NCBI RefSeq assembly: GCF_006345805.1
Contig: NC_042997.1
Span: 198,896,001-198,960,000 of the forward strand
DNA from: Octopus sinensis
Taxonomy: Eukaryota
Length of the DNA: 64,000 nucleotides
Reading direction: 5' to 3'
The position numbers were made by a program, and so were the translations under genes. Within the stretch, counting starts at the first letter, position 1. The number at the start of each line of letters is the position of its first letter. This document shows, in pieces, positions 52,577 through 64,000 of the stretch. The notes under the pieces are model-generated. The model was not told the DNA's origin. It made no database searches and saw nothing but the letters and a program-made list of their open reading frames with translations.

Positions 52577-53628
52577 TCCTTTCTACTACAGGCACAAGAC
52601 CTGGATTATGTGGGGAGGGGGACAGTTGATCACATCAACCCCAGTAGTCAACTGTTACCTGATTTATCGACCCCAAAACGATGGAAGGTAAAGTTGACCT
52701 TGAGGCAATTTGAACTCAGTAAATAGCAACGGACGAAGTACTGCCAAGCATTTCATCCAGCAGGCTAATGATTCTGCCAGCTCACCACCTTTAATAATAA
52801 TAAGAAGAATTGTTTCTACTATAGGCACAAGGCCTGAAATTTGGGGAAGAGGAATAGTCAATTACAGCAACCCCAGTGTTTGATCATCATGATCGTTTAA
52901 CATCCGTTTTCCATGCTAGCATGGGCTGGACAGTTCGATCGGGGTCTGGGAAGCCAGGAGGCTTCCCCAGGCTCCAGTCTGGTCTGGCAGTATTTCTACA
53001 GTTGGATGGCCTTCCTAATACCAACCACTCCATGAGTGTAGTGGGTGCTTTTTACGTGCCACCAGCACAAGGGATGGAGGAGGCTGGCAACGTCTACAAT
53101 CAGTTGGTACTTTTTACGTGCCACCGGCATGGACGCCAGTCAAGGCGGTGCTGGCATCAGCCGCGTTCGGATGGTGCTTTTTACGTGCCACCAGCACGGG
53201 TATCACAACTACAATTTCCATTTGATTTTTATTTTGATGTTGATGTACTTGACTCAGTAGGTCTCCTCAAGCACAGCAGGTCACCCTGCGATCCAAGGTA
53301 AGCACTTGTAGTTAATTTATTGACCCCAAAAGGATGAAAGGCAAAGTCGGCCTTGGCAGAATTAGAACTCAGAACGTAGTGACTAGTAAAATGCCTATTT
53401 CTTTACTACCCACAAGGGACTAAACACAGAGGGGACAAACAAGGACAGACAAATGGATTAAGTCGATTACATTGTCCCCAGTGCATAACTGGTACTTAAT
53501 TTATCGACCCCGAAAGGATGAAAGGCAAAGTCGACCTCGGCAGAATTAGAACTCAGAACGTAATGATGAGTGAAATACCACTAAGCATTTCATCCAGCGT
53601 GCTAACGATTCTGCCAGTTCGCCGCCTT
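52577..53628 (-). mobile_element. Nested cluster of family B-like SINEs interrupted by an RTE 3' end (52880-53300)
   Basis: B-like copy at 52577-52790. A second B-like copy begins at 52812, is split by the RTE-tail element, and continues at 53300-53628. Confidence 0.8.
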
Positions 53629-53980
53629 ACACCTGTATAGAATGACATACATACTATTGTTTCTTCAATCTATGAGAACAGTTAGAAAGGTAAATGAGAA
53701 ATACTTGCATTGTAGACTGTCAAGGGCTCTGTAAATAGGAACACAAATGTATATTAAGGAATCAAAATGTCTGCCATTTCAGGTATTTCACTTTTAGTGT
53801 AAATACCTTAACCATCTCATTTTAACATCAAAAACCAGAGAAGACCTATCATAATAATGATAGCAGAAATAAACATTCTTCAAATATAGTGTAAATATGT
53901 TCATTCAAGGTGTATACATCTTAATATATATGCTTTGATTTATTTGCACAAATCATTTTATTTACATTATTTATATATTA

Positions 53981-54369
53981 CTAGCAGTATCACCTGGCAT
54001 TGCTCGGGTTTGTTTCGACCCTTTAGAATTAGAATTTTTGAAAAGTAAAAATTATGCATTATGTAGCTTGTTATTCTCTTTAATTAAGTGAACATTTTCT
54101 GGTTGAAATACACCGAAAAATGGCGACACAGCATTTAAAAATATCGTAAAAAAATAGGGATTTTCATAGAAAAAAAGCACCTTTTTGATGTAAATAATTT
54201 TTGGTGTTAACATGGTCTGATTTGAATTTTTTCTTCTATGGAAGGGAGAGCAAGTCTTCTTCTATCATACTCTTAATTTTGGTGAACTTGTACCACAGGG
54301 TCTTGGAGGAGATAGTGTTAGTTGAAGGCTACCAAGACACAGACAACTTCAGCTTTATATATATATAGA
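53981..54369 (-). mobile_element. Non-autonomous Helitron H2
   Basis: Reverse complement of the 48421 copy, with TC/CTAG termini and a CpG-decayed hairpin. Confidence 0.82.
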
Positions 54370-55154
54370 TTTTATTATAGCTCTGGACTTGATGTAATTC
54401 TATTATATTAAAGTTCATAGCTCACTTTTTCTCCCTTATATTACAAAATACATCTCCCTTGTTTCCTCTTTCTATGCACACACACACACACATTAAACAC
54501 GTTCTTCAGTGTGTATATATTTGTGTGCATTTGTTACTGTTATCACCATTTCTCTCAACAGCTGCAGGTTTCTCACTCTCTGTAATAACTAATTTATTCA
54601 AGATACGAACTATTAATTTTCAAATTGTGTCTTTTCCTTTTCCCTTTTGAATAAGTCATAAATGTCATTCGTCTTCTGTTCAGCTGGTAAACTATTTCCT
54701 AGATTACTTACACCAGTGCAAAGAGAGATATTAATTGATATTTATCTCTAGAAGTTTGTCATACAAAATACACAGACATTCATTGTTTACCATGTATATA
54801 TTAAAAAAAGAACAGTTGGTTATTTTCAGATGAGAAATCTTATAACTAATAAGTATAGTTCTCTTTAATTGAGTATTGTATTTTTTCTTATATTTCTCCT
54901 TTAATTCATAAATGAAGATAAATTCCTTGTCATTCTACCTTGAAATTTTAAACATGACAGTATTGTATCAAAAATAGAATATAATTTTGCACAGGTTGAA
55001 ATATATATATATATACCATAACTTTATTGATTTTAAAGTGAAATTTCTCCCCAGCATATTAAATTCATTGAGATTTATTTTATATCTTTCACAGTTGAAC
55101 CAAGTCAAAATATTAGTTTTTGTATTATCAGCAATGTAATAACATATATATTCA

Positions 55155-55712
55155 TGTCAGATGACTTAAGATTTTCCCTGGTATATGTTTATGTTGCATC
55201 ACTTAGGGTTTTCCATGGGATATATTTATGTCACATGCATTAAGGTTTTCCATAGGATACATTTGTCATATGACTTAAGGTTTTCCATGGGATATATTTG
55301 TTACTTGATGTAAGGTTTTCCATGGGATATTTTTGTCACATGACTTAACTCTTTCGATACCAACCTGGCTGAAACTGGCTCTGAGTACAAATGTCTTGTT
55401 TTCATATGATTTGAATTAAAATCTTCCACCAAACCTTAGTCACAATTTATGTTCCTAACACTAGCTGAATGATAACTAAGTTATTTTACTAAATTCTTTG
55501 TTATATTTAAAGTAATTGAAAGAAATACAAAGTATCTCAAAATAAATACGGTAATGAAAGGTTTAAAGTATTCCATAGGATATATTTATGTCATATGACT
55601 TAAGGTATTCCATGGGATATATTTGTCACATGACTTAAGGTTTTCCATGGGATATACATATGTCACATGACTTAAGTTTTTTCATGGAATATATTTATGC
55701 CACTTGACTTAA
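55155..55712. repeat. ~31-33-bp minisatellite (ATGACTTAAGGTTTTCCATGGGATATATTTGTCAC)
   Basis: About 10 diverged units, split into two blocks by an insertion. Confidence 0.9.
55349..55562. mobile_element. piggyBac-like MITE inserted in the minisatellite TTAA
   Basis: TTAA|CTCTTTCGATACC...GGTAATGAAAGGT|TTAA. The minisatellite phase resumes exactly after the second TTAA. Confidence 0.75.
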
Positions 55713-55724
55713 ACAAACATATAT

Positions 55725-56120
55725 GCTGGTGGCATGTGGAAAACAACAGTTGATTGGCCCTCGTGCCGGTGGCATGTAAAAGCACCCACTACACTTTTGG
55801 AGTGGTTGGTGTTAGGAACGGCTTCCAGCTGTAGAAACTTTGCCGGATCAGATTGGAACCCGGTGCAGCCTTCTGGCTCCCCAGAGCTCAGTCAACACCA
55901 TCCAACCCATGCCAGCATGGAAAGTGGACGTTAAACGACAATGATGATGATGATTATGTATATATATGACAGGCTTCTTTCAGTTTCCGTTTATCAAATC
56001 CACTCACAAGGCTTTGGTCAGCCTAAGGGTATAGCAGAAGACACTTGTCCAAGGTGCCACCATTATGACTGAACCTGGAACCATGTGGTTGGGAAACAAT
56101 CTTCTTACCACACAGCCATA
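55725..56120. mobile_element. RTE-type 3' UTR (+, 55725-55955) followed by the SINE A 5' half (-)
   Basis: Shared motifs with other copies. Confidence 0.8.
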
Positions 56121-56714
56121 CATAACTGTATTTAAAGAAGATACTTCAGAGTAATCATTAATTATCAGATATTATCGCAAAATGTGGGACAGTTGAATCT
56201 AGAAACCCAGTTTTTCAAAATGCAAAACTGCCAATATTATTATTCTCTGTATTTTGTATGTCTTTGTTTTTTGTAATTGTTTTTGTTTTTCTTTTCATTT
56301 AAATCTCTGGGTTTTTTTCAAAATCCTTTGTAGCAGACATTAAATGTAGTTAAAAGCAGAACCTAATATAAATTAGTTTCTAGTGTTATCAAGCATCCTT
56401 TTGATCATCCAATGTAATTACAGATTAGAGAGATGTAATGAATTAAGATAGTTTCTTTAGCAAAACTGAACATTAACAAGGACTTAGAATAATCTATATT
56501 ACTATATTTTAGTGAGAGATGCGTATCTCAGTTGATTTCTTTTCTTCATTGCAAATATTGTTTTAACTGAATGAAGTGTTTACATCCCTAGACCTGTTTT
56601 CATTTCTAAATTATGAGGTCTTAAACATACTACTCTTCTCTGCTCTGCTACAGTTATGTATTCAACTGTAATTGTTACTAGCAGTGGTATTATTTCTGAG
56701 CATTTTTTTTTTCC

Positions 56715-57745
56715 ATATAAAAAGCACCATTTCAGCTTGATCATTACCAGTGTCGCCTTACTGGCACTTGTGCCGGTAGCACGTGAAAAAAACATTCGAG
56801 TGAGGTCGTTGCCAGTGCCACTGGACTAACTCCTGTGCAGGTGGCACGTAAAAAACACCATTTGAGCATGGCCATTGCCAGCACCGCTTGACTGGCCCTC
56901 GTGCCAGTGGCACATAAAAGCACCTACTGCACTCTTGGATTGGTTGGCATTAGGAAGGGCATCCAGCTGTAGAAACTCTGCCAGATCAGATTGGAGCCTG
57001 ATGCAGTCATCTGGTTCGCCAGACCTCAGTCAAATCGTCCAACCCATGCTAGCATGGAAAGCAAACATTAAATGACGATGATGATCATCATCATTATCAT
57101 TGCATCTAACATCTGCTTTCCATGCTAGCAAGGGTGTTGGGGAACAAACATGTTCACAAGATGCACGCACCACTTGAATCATAGTTTAACTGCGAAGTGG
57201 CAAGCCAGGAGGCTGCACCAGGTTCCAATCTGACTCGGCAAGGTTTCTACAGCTTGATGCCCTTCCTAATGCCAACCACTCCAAGAGTGTATTGGGTGCT
57301 TTTATGTGCCTCCAGCACGGGAACCAGTCAGGTGGCACTGGCATCAGCCATGCTTGAATGGTGCTTTTTACATGCCACCGGCACTGGCATCAGCCACATT
57401 AAATTTATTTATCTCTAGCCATGTTGGTGACACATAAAAAGCCCTATTCAAGCGTGGCCAAAATGCGATGCCGCCTGACTGGCACATGAGCTGGCAACAC
57501 ATAAAAAGCACTATTTGAGCATGGCTGATGTCAGTACCTCCTGACTGGTTCCCATGTCAATGGCATGTAAAAAGCACCTACTATGTTCTCAGAGTGATTG
57601 GCATTAGGAAGTGCATCCAGCTGTAGAAACCTTGCCAGATTCAGATAGGAGCCTGGTGCAGCCTCCTGGCTTACCAGTCCTCAGTCAAACCATCCAACCC
57701 ATGCCAGCATAGAAAGCGAATGTTAAATGACGATGATGATGATGA
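56715..57745. mobile_element. Three RTE-type 3' UTR elements in +, -, + orientation
   Basis: About 56715-57085 (+), 57090-57400 (-) and 57420-57745 (+), each with a GAT/CAT tail and sub-repeats. Confidence 0.8.
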
Positions 57746-57764
57746 GATGTATGATATGTATATT

Positions 57765-58570
57765 CTTTTATTCTTTCACTTGTTTCAGTCATTTGACTGT
57801 GGCCATGCTGGAGCACCACCTTTTGTCAAACAAATCGATCCCAGGACTTATTCTTTGTAAACCTAGTACTTATTCTATCGGTGTCTTTTGCCAAACCACT
57901 GTTATGGGAAGGTAAACACACCAACATCAGTTGTCAAGCAATGGTGGAGGGGACAAACGCAGACACACAAATACAGACACACACACAAATATACACATAT
58001 ATATAAACAACATTCTCTCAGCTTCTTTCTACCAAATCCACTCACAAGGCTTTGGTTGACCCAAGGCTATAGTAGAATACACTTGTTCATGATGCCACAC
58101 AGTGGGACTGAACCCAGAACCATGTGATTGGGAAGCAAGCTTCTTACCACACAGATGATGATGATATATAGGTGCAGGTGTGGCTGTGTAGTAAGGAGCC
58201 TCCTTCCAAACCACATAGTTCTGGTTTCTGTCCCACTGCATAGCACCTTGGGTAAGTGTCTTCTACTATAGCCTTGGGCTGACCAAAGCCTTGTGTGTGG
58301 ATTTGATAGATGGAAACTGAAAAGAAGCCTGCCACATATATGTGTGTGTGTGTGTGTATGTGTATTTAGGTGTGTGTCTTTGTATCTGTTTGTGCCTTTC
58401 CCCCACCGTTGCTTAACAACCGATGTTGGTGTGTTTACATCCTCATAACTTCGCAGTTCGGCAAGAAAGACCGATAGAGTAAGTACCAGGCTTGCAAAGA
58501 ATAAGTCCTGGGGTCAATTTCCTTGACTAAAAGACAGTGCTCCAGCATGGCCGAAGTCAAATGACTGAAA
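57765..58570. mobile_element. Head-to-head pair of SINE family A copies
   Basis: Minus copy 57765-58153 and plus copy 58170-58570, about 17 bp apart. Confidence 0.88.
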
Positions 58571-59484
58571 CTTATAAATGATTACATATATATATATATA
58601 TATTTAATTATTTATTTTTGTCCTACATTCTTTCACAATGTTATCTCTTTCTCTAACTCTCTGACTTGGCTACTTTTCTGTTATCAAATTCTTTTTATCT
58701 CCCTCCTACCTCTTTCTCTCTCTTCTCCCCCTCCCCCATCCCACCAATATTATCAGTGCCTCTTTCACCATTCCGCTTCCCCTTCTCCTTCATTTCTGTC
58801 CATCTGCCTTGATGCTGTTCTTCATTTCTCTCTTCCTCTTCTTCATCTTCCTGCCTTATCTGCTTCATTTTACCCCCCATCAGCCCTCACACTTCTCTCC
58901 CCCTCCAATACTCATTAATTTTTTATACATTGGTAAGCTGCCATGCATCAATGTTTTTTTATGATCTCATCCACTTCCTCTTTCTCCAACATCTTACAGG
59001 TGGCACCCTTTCATTAGAGGTCTGTTCCATCAGGACTGACTCGGGGTTAACAAAACTAACAGAAGTTAACAGGTGTAGCACTAAGATAGTTACTCGATGT
59101 GCTAGAAATAACAGCAAAATCTCCCTTATTTTCTTTGTGTGTATGTATCCATCTTTTAAACAGCTGCACTTTGTAGTTGCAAATAAGTGTACAAATGCAA
59201 TTTTTCAAAAGGAATTTGCTATTGTGTTTTTATAGTTTGCAAGAAGTATCATCTTTGTGGTCAAAACTTCAATGAAATGGTGAAACTAATAAATGTGAAA
59301 GATGTGAGGAGTTAGCAGACAAGAAATTAGAATTCGAGTGAGGTTTTGAGTCATGGTTGGAGTCAGCTTCAAGAAAAGTGAAATGTTCTCTTTACACATC
59401 ATTCCTTCATATTCACACAGTTTGGTAAAATAATGTTGGCTCATTATATAGATATCTTTCACTCTCTCCTTGAAGCATCTAGCA

Positions 59485-60140
59485 CATCATCATTATCGTC
59501 ATCTTCATTTAATGTCTGTTTTTGATGCTGACATGGGTTGATTGGTTTGACTGCATCTGACAAGCCGGAGAGCTGCACTAGGCTCCAGTTCTCTGTTTTG
59601 GCTTGATTTCCATGGCTGGATGCCCTTCCTTATACCAACCACTTTACAGAATATACTTATTTCTTTATTGCCCACAATAACATAGAGGGGATAAACAAGG
59701 ACAGACAAAGGGATTAAGTCGATTACATCGACTCCCAGTGCATAACCGGTACTTTGTTTATCGACCCCGAAAGGATGAAATGCAAAATCGACCTCGGCGG
59801 AATTTGAACTCAGAACATAACAGCAGATGAAATACCTATTTCTTTACTACCCACAAGGGGCTACACACAGAGAAGACAAACAAGGACAGACAAATGGATT
59901 AAGTCAATAATATCGACCCAGTGTGTAACTGGTACTTATTTAATCGACCCCAAAAGGATGAAAGGTTAAGTCGACCTCGGCGTAATTTAAACTCAGACCG
60001 TAACGGCAGACAAAATACCGCTAAGCATTTCGCCCGGCACACTAACGTTTCTGCCAGCTCACCGCCTTATACTTTACAGAATATACTGGCAGCTTTTTAT
60101 CTGGCACCAGCACAAGTGCTTTTTATGTGGCACCAGCACA
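59485..60140 (-). mobile_element. RTE-type 3' UTR interrupted by a dimeric SINE B (59657-60068)
   Basis: TSD ACTTTACAGAATATACT flanks the SINE. Confidence 0.85.
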
Positions 60141-62101
60141 TTGTGGTTATTGATACTCTTCTTCCATTAACTCCTCCGTTCATTTTCGAATTAATCTCTT
60201 TACCTTTCCACATCACCTGCCACTCAAATTAGACATTCAGTGCATTCGCCTGCAAATCATATGCATCTTTCCTTTAACATGCAATTGCAAATTTTTAAAA
60301 ATCATATCTCCTCAATTTCTCTTTAACCTACAATTGCTTTCTATTGTTGTTTTTTTTTAGGGGGGGGTGCTATAAATGCCATGGTAAAGATCTCCCACAT
60401 TTAGAAAACTCCAGAAAAACTCCTCTGCTGCCAAATGCAAGCAAGCTCTGAGGACAGCAGAAAACGGATATGAGCAATCATAATGATGTCTTTCAACTAA
60501 TGCTGCCAGGAATGCAGTGAAGCTCATCTGCAGCATAATGCTGCAAGACAGGCTGTGAATAGACAGCAAGTATCAGATAAATAACAGTCTCCAGCAGTGA
60601 CAATATACAAACAGCAAAGAAGCTTTTTATTTTCTTTTTCCAATTTCCTTTCCCTGCTGACAACATGAAACCAAAATGCTTGTAATTTGTATAGCATGGT
60701 GTTACTAAAAATCACACCAAGACTTTACAGAACAGTTACCAATACAAAGGGTCTTTACAGATATTAATAAATCAAAAATAAGAAATGGCTTATAAATGAA
60801 ACATACTGACGTGAATGCTTTATGAATGAAAGCATGAAACATTTGTAAAGAACTTACGTCTGCAAAATAGTTGGCAACACTGTAGAACCACAATGTATTA
60901 GTGGTTGATATATATTAAAGGAACTGGTGAGAATTTCAAGGCATAAAACATAAAAAACCATCAGAGACATGTATGTTGTGTTGTTTAATTATATCTCAAA
61001 GTGTAATCTAATAGTTTGGGATGTTGAAGGTCAGTGATTTGTCGTTATAATTATACTTGAAAAATAAAGCAAAAGTCGCAAAAATATGACTAGATTCGTG
61101 ATAGGAAAATGTTAGGAAAGCAACAGTAATTGATGTCTTGTTCTAAAATGTTACGAGCCAACAACTTTTCACTCACACAGGGTATATATAATTTCAATAG
61201 ATCAGGAATAGAAAAAAAAAATTATTGAATAATATGCCAAGCTATGTTAATGTATAATATGTATGTAATGGTTTATCATGGAAGCTATATATTTAAGGAT
61301 CTGATAACATGTTCATTGAATCATTGTTGCACTTCATCTGCATCACCATAGCAGACAATGCAGACAGGAAGATAAGAATGTAATCTTGTAAACTTGATTG
61401 AACCTGTAGTAACTGCACCAAATTTAAACTGATTTGTATCCTTGTCAATGAAATGCTGATAACAGCTTCAATTAATATATCCTTTTTTTTTGTTTATTTA
61501 TTTGGAGATATATTGATCCAATGTGGGTCAAGGAGAAATGCTATTGAAATATTAAAATTGCAAAGTAGATATCTGTAAATAATAGAACAGTTTCCATCAT
61601 AACATATTGTTATCAAAATAAATAACGGATGATCGAATATACACACAGATGAAGAAGCAACTTTATTTGTAAAATCCATAAAGAAATGTGTAGTTTCGTT
61701 GCCATGAACTATAACTTTATATTCATTATCATATACGCAAAGTAATCCTATTAATAAATCTTTAAGAAAGCAAGCAAAAACACTTACATCACAGGACAGG
61801 TAATCTTACAATAAATGTATAAAAATACAAAGAGGCTCTCCATTATTGCTGGTAAATGTAAACCAGTATTTTTATAGTATAGTTAAATGGGGACTCACAT
61901 CTTTAATGTAGAGAGCAAAAAGGGGGAAAAGAATCAATTCAAATTTCATCTGTAAGGAAGAGTAAAGTCATTAGCTTTAATGATATCACTACTTAAAGTT
62001 ACCTAATCAGTGAATGGTATTTTTATCATTCAAAATATATTCTCTGTTATTCTAAGATATAGTAAATATGGTTAAGACTACGCTTTGCCAATGAGATATA
62101 G

Positions 62102-62684
62102 ATAGTAATAATGAAATTATTGTATGCAGTGCTCAGATACACCACAACTTGTCAAAAGTGCGTGTAAAGCATCTGCAGTAATGTAGAAATGTCTGGAAAG
62201 TGAACAGTGTATGAGTGAGATACATGCTTGTGTGTGTATGGAGGGGAGAAAATCAGGTGTAGTGTTGGTGAATCTCAGGAAGCATGGAAGTTTTGAAGGA
62301 TGCAGTGCTCCGACAACTAACAACTGATGCTGGCAGTTTGTTCCATGCTTCAGCAACTCTTAGCGTGAAATAAAGGTTTCCGAAAGTCATGGGAGCTGTG
62401 CTGTTTTCTGACTTTGTAAACATGTCCACGAGTGTTAGACAGATGGAGTTTGAAAAGGTACTCAGAGTTATTGTTTGTAAGATGGTTAATAATTTTATGG
62501 GTGTCTACCAAGTCAGTTGCCAGACGTCAGAGTTTCAATGTGTCCATGCCCAGGGAAGTAAGGCGTTCAGAATATGGCAAATGCCTGATGGAGGGTATTC
62601 TCTTGGTTGCACGTCGCTGAACAGCTTCCAGATGATTAATATCCTAGGCAAGATAGGGGTTCCAGACCAGTGATACAAATTCCA
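62102..62684 (-). mobile_element. CR1-clade LINE 3' fragment (ORF2 C-terminus plus 3' UTR)
   Basis: Translation LEFVSLVWNPYLA*DINHLEAVQRRATKRIPSIRHLPYSERLTSLG...TRGHVYKV...RVAEAWNKLPASVV...SFK carries the canonical CR1 motifs. It has stops and a frameshift. Confidence 0.9.
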
Positions 62685-63149
62685 GATGAATACAACCAGA
62701 ATATTTTCAGAGTTAATCTGTACCTACCATAGATTGGATTCACTCTCTAATATCTGTCTCCATTACATTATGAAATTAGAGTTTCAATACTGTCTCATTG
62801 TCTTCTTTTACAAATGTTATGGACATTATGGAATCTTCTTCATTAGTCAAATAATTTTTGGCTCACTACATTATGTTAACCCCTACTTAACTATATAATA
62901 TACATACAATGTGAGGCCAGCCTGATGAACATTCTGCACTTCCCAAAAATATTGCTGAGCAAAAATACAGTGATAATTGATATTTCCAAGTCAGAAGTCT
63001 TTTGGTAGCTTTCTAAAACAAGTGAAAGGAATAAAAGAAAAAAAACCCTTTGTTGAAGAACATGAAAGTGTCAGTGACAAAAAGAGTATTCCATTTGTAA
63101 AACATCTCTCCAATGTGTATTTGTCTAACCATCAAAATCAAATTCGTCT

Positions 63150-63612
63150 GTGCTAGCAGCGTACAAAGAGCACCATACGAGTGTGACGATTGACAGAGCG
63201 GCTAACCGGCTTCCATGCCAGTGGCACTTAAAAGGCACCATTTGAGCGTGATTGTTACCAGTGTTGCCTTAAAGAGCACCATCCGAGCGTGATCATTGCT
63301 GGAGCGGCTATCTGGCCTCCATGCCGATGGCATGTAAAAGCAACCGTTCGAGCGTGATTGTTACCAGCATCACCTTACTGGCACCTGTGCCAAAGACTCA
63401 AGCAAGGTTGTTGCCAGTACCACCTGACTGGCACGTAAAAGAACCCACTACACTTTTGGAGTTGTTGGCGTTAGGAAGGGCATCCAGCTGTAGAAACTCT
63501 GCCAGATCAAGATTAAAACCTGGTGCAGGCATCTGGTTCGCCAGCCCTGTCATTCATCCAACCCATGCTAGCATGGAAAGAGGACATTAAACAATGATGA
63601 TGATGATGATGA
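63150..63612 (+). mobile_element. RTE-type 3' UTR element
   Basis: Sub-repeats, AGGAAGGGCATCCAGCTGTAGAAA, and a (GAT)n tail. Confidence 0.82.
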
Positions 63613-64000
63613 TTGCCAGCATGGAAAATCCTACAAAACTGAAGGAACAAATGGATGAAGTATGGAAAATATATTTTGTTTAGTATGAATAGCATTTCTG
63701 TTAGTTTTGGTAGTAAATTACAGCTGGATGTGTAGAAAATATGAATGATGTGAAATTCATGCATCCAATTATTCTGAGTGAATTAAGAACTACATAGGTA
63801 AAAGGCATTTTATACGTCATAATGAGACAGATGGCATGTGAAGGATCATAAAAATCTGCTGTTGTGGATGACAAAGTGAAGTCAATCAAATCAAATACAG
63901 CAACTCGCTGAAACATTTTATTCTCCATGGATAGATGAAAGGCAAAATTGATCGCAACAGAATATACTTCCAGAAATATGAGGATTTGAATTGGATATCA

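Noticed and set aside
55155-55712. CRISPR-like array
   Set aside because: Units are contiguous and diverged with no unique spacers. The context is eukaryotic and there are no cas genes.
60395-60480. LINE-like peptide RKLQKNSSAAKCKQALRTAENGYEQS
   Set aside because: Too short and degenerate to call.

Overview
This is AT-rich, repeat-dense eukaryotic DNA. The repeat families look like those of octopus (cephalopod mollusc); that is recognition from memory, not a database result. I can recognise no intact protein-coding gene, and almost all ORFs in the track come from microsatellites or SINE/LINE remnants. The window holds about 30 tRNA-derived SINE copies in three to four families, 3' ends of RTE and CR1 LINEs, eight non-autonomous Helitron units, and several TIR MITEs (mariner, pogo-like, Merlin-like, piggyBac-like). 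It also has two long palindromes and several short Penelope-like elements carrying hammerhead ribozyme motifs. The most striking signal is two full-core type I hammerhead ribozymes facing each other at 38.2-38.7 kb. They lie just downstream of a CpG-rich, promoter-like region (about 35.3-37.9 kb). To the right of that region, repeats show heavier CpG decay, which suggests a methylated gene body made mostly of intron.
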